From: Octopus sinensis
Lineage: Eukaryota
Assembly: GCF_006345805.1 (NCBI RefSeq)
Contig: NC_043005.1
Coordinates: forward strand, 63,426,001-63,490,000
DNA: 64,000 nucleotides
Direction: 5' to 3'
Under the pieces are notes generated by a model. The model had not been told where the DNA came from and made no database searches. It saw only the letters and a program-made list of their open reading frames with translations. The first letter of the stretch is position 1. The number at the start of each line of letters is the position of its first letter. The position numbers and the translations under genes are program-made. Shown piece by piece: positions 62,847-64,000 of this stretch.

Positions 62847-64000
62847 TATATATATATATATATGGCATTACTGTATGGTTAAGAAGTTCATTTCCAAACC
62901 TCATGATTTTGGGTTTAGTCCTACTGCATAATTTTGCAAGATTTCTGATATGAAATCATATTTCGAAACAAATATTGTTATATTTGGGGATGATAATTTT
63001 TTTCCTTTTGCCAAATAACCACTCACAGTATATACTCATTACGTATGTATGTATGTATGAAATGTTGAAAATATGTTAAGTTCCAAAATATTTCAGTCAT
63101 TTTCAACTTGTTGCACTCAAATAGTGGTTCAAATACACAGCCTCTATTTCAGATAATATTACAAAAAAAAATAGAGAATTTTGCTGCTAATAAGTTAATG
63201 TTTGGAATGTGAATTAATGAATTGTGAGTGTGACGAAGGGCTTCTCCAACTGGTGATCGCTTTCTAAATGCTTGCAACAGAGTAGTCTTTGCTAAAGGCA
63301 TCGATGCTCCAGCTGTTAGATTAAGCCTGTTACCAAAGTAGACAATGGGAAGGTTAGAACATAACTGGGACAAATACAGCCAGGCATCTAGTTAAGCTTT
63401 CTTACAATTCTAGCAATCTATTACCTAAGTAGGTAATTTTTTTATTGATTCAGAGGGATGAGAGGAAAGGTTGACTGTGTCGGGATTTGGACACAGAGTG
63501 CAGACATTCAGAACAAATACTACAAGGCACTCTAACAACTCTACTAATTCACCATCTAGTAACAGTTCAATTATAGATCGAAAGGAACATGTCTGATATT
63601 ATTTTGTAGACCATTGGTAAATTTAATGGCAAAATTACTTTCATGAACTCAGATTTCAACTCAGTATGTAGAAAATGAAATATAAGTCATATAAGGTGGT
63701 CTGCCATTTTTCTTATTTTCGATTCAGACATTTAACTTGTTTTCCTTTGATAAATAATCCACATATGCATTTTTCCATTCTCTCATCTGACTGTTTACAC
63801 TCAATTTTCCTGCAGTTATATGTTTTCTTAAAGAAATACAGATATAAACGGCTTCATGTATCCAGAAGATTTTTATAGTTACCGAGACCACTAAGTTCAC
63901 ACTGGAGCTTCTTGCAATATTTGCCTGACAACAAATATACTTCTGGGAAATTAAATTGTGTAAATGTTCAACAGAACATATGGAATAAATTCATATAAAA

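Noticed and set aside
25039-63373. Short protein-like open frames at 25039-25269, ~31820-32020, ~50880-50990, 51751-52086, ~58240-58330 and 63149-63373
   Set aside because: No recognisable motif or consistent splice signals. They may be old TE relics, but I cannot support a call.

Overview
AT-rich eukaryotic genomic DNA saturated with (TA)n, (CA)n, (TATG)n and (GAT)n microsatellites and several tRNA-derived SINE families. This repeat landscape is what I associate with octopus (coleoid cephalopod) genomes, which is an inference. There is no long intact protein-coding ORF. The only clearly recognisable coding remnants are mobile: RTE-clade LINE fragments (7.8-8.9 kb and 61.1-62.6 kb, the latter with YADD mutated to YADN), an internally deleted mariner (22.75-23.33 kb), a LINE ORF1 5' fragment (28.0-28.8 kb) and an R2-superfamily (HERO-like) 3' fragment (44.9-45.2 kb). 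There are also piggyBac-type MITEs and Helitron/DINE-like non-autonomous elements. Almost all ORFs in the supplied track are translations of microsatellites or SINEs. Reading splice signals by hand gives a phase-consistent, stop-free chain of five tiny minus-strand exons (38.9, 24.5, 13.7, 7.0 and 0.3 kb), unverified and with no recognised homologue. CpG-rich promoter-like islands lie at 39.4-39.7, 41.8-42.0 and 53.9-54.1 kb. CpG appears retained between ~39 and ~54.5 kb and depleted on both sides, suggesting two divergent methylated gene bodies around an unmethylated interval. The most unusual items are: a twin ~185-nt highly structured element embedded in trinucleotide repeats (14.2 and 16.3 kb); a Helitron-like element apparently enclosing a LINE 5' end; a 135-bp near-perfect inverted duplication around a candidate micro-exon; a SINE-derived 40-bp minisatellite; and a speculative UAG-to-UGG editing read-through. 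No rRNA, bona fide tRNA or CRISPR array was found.
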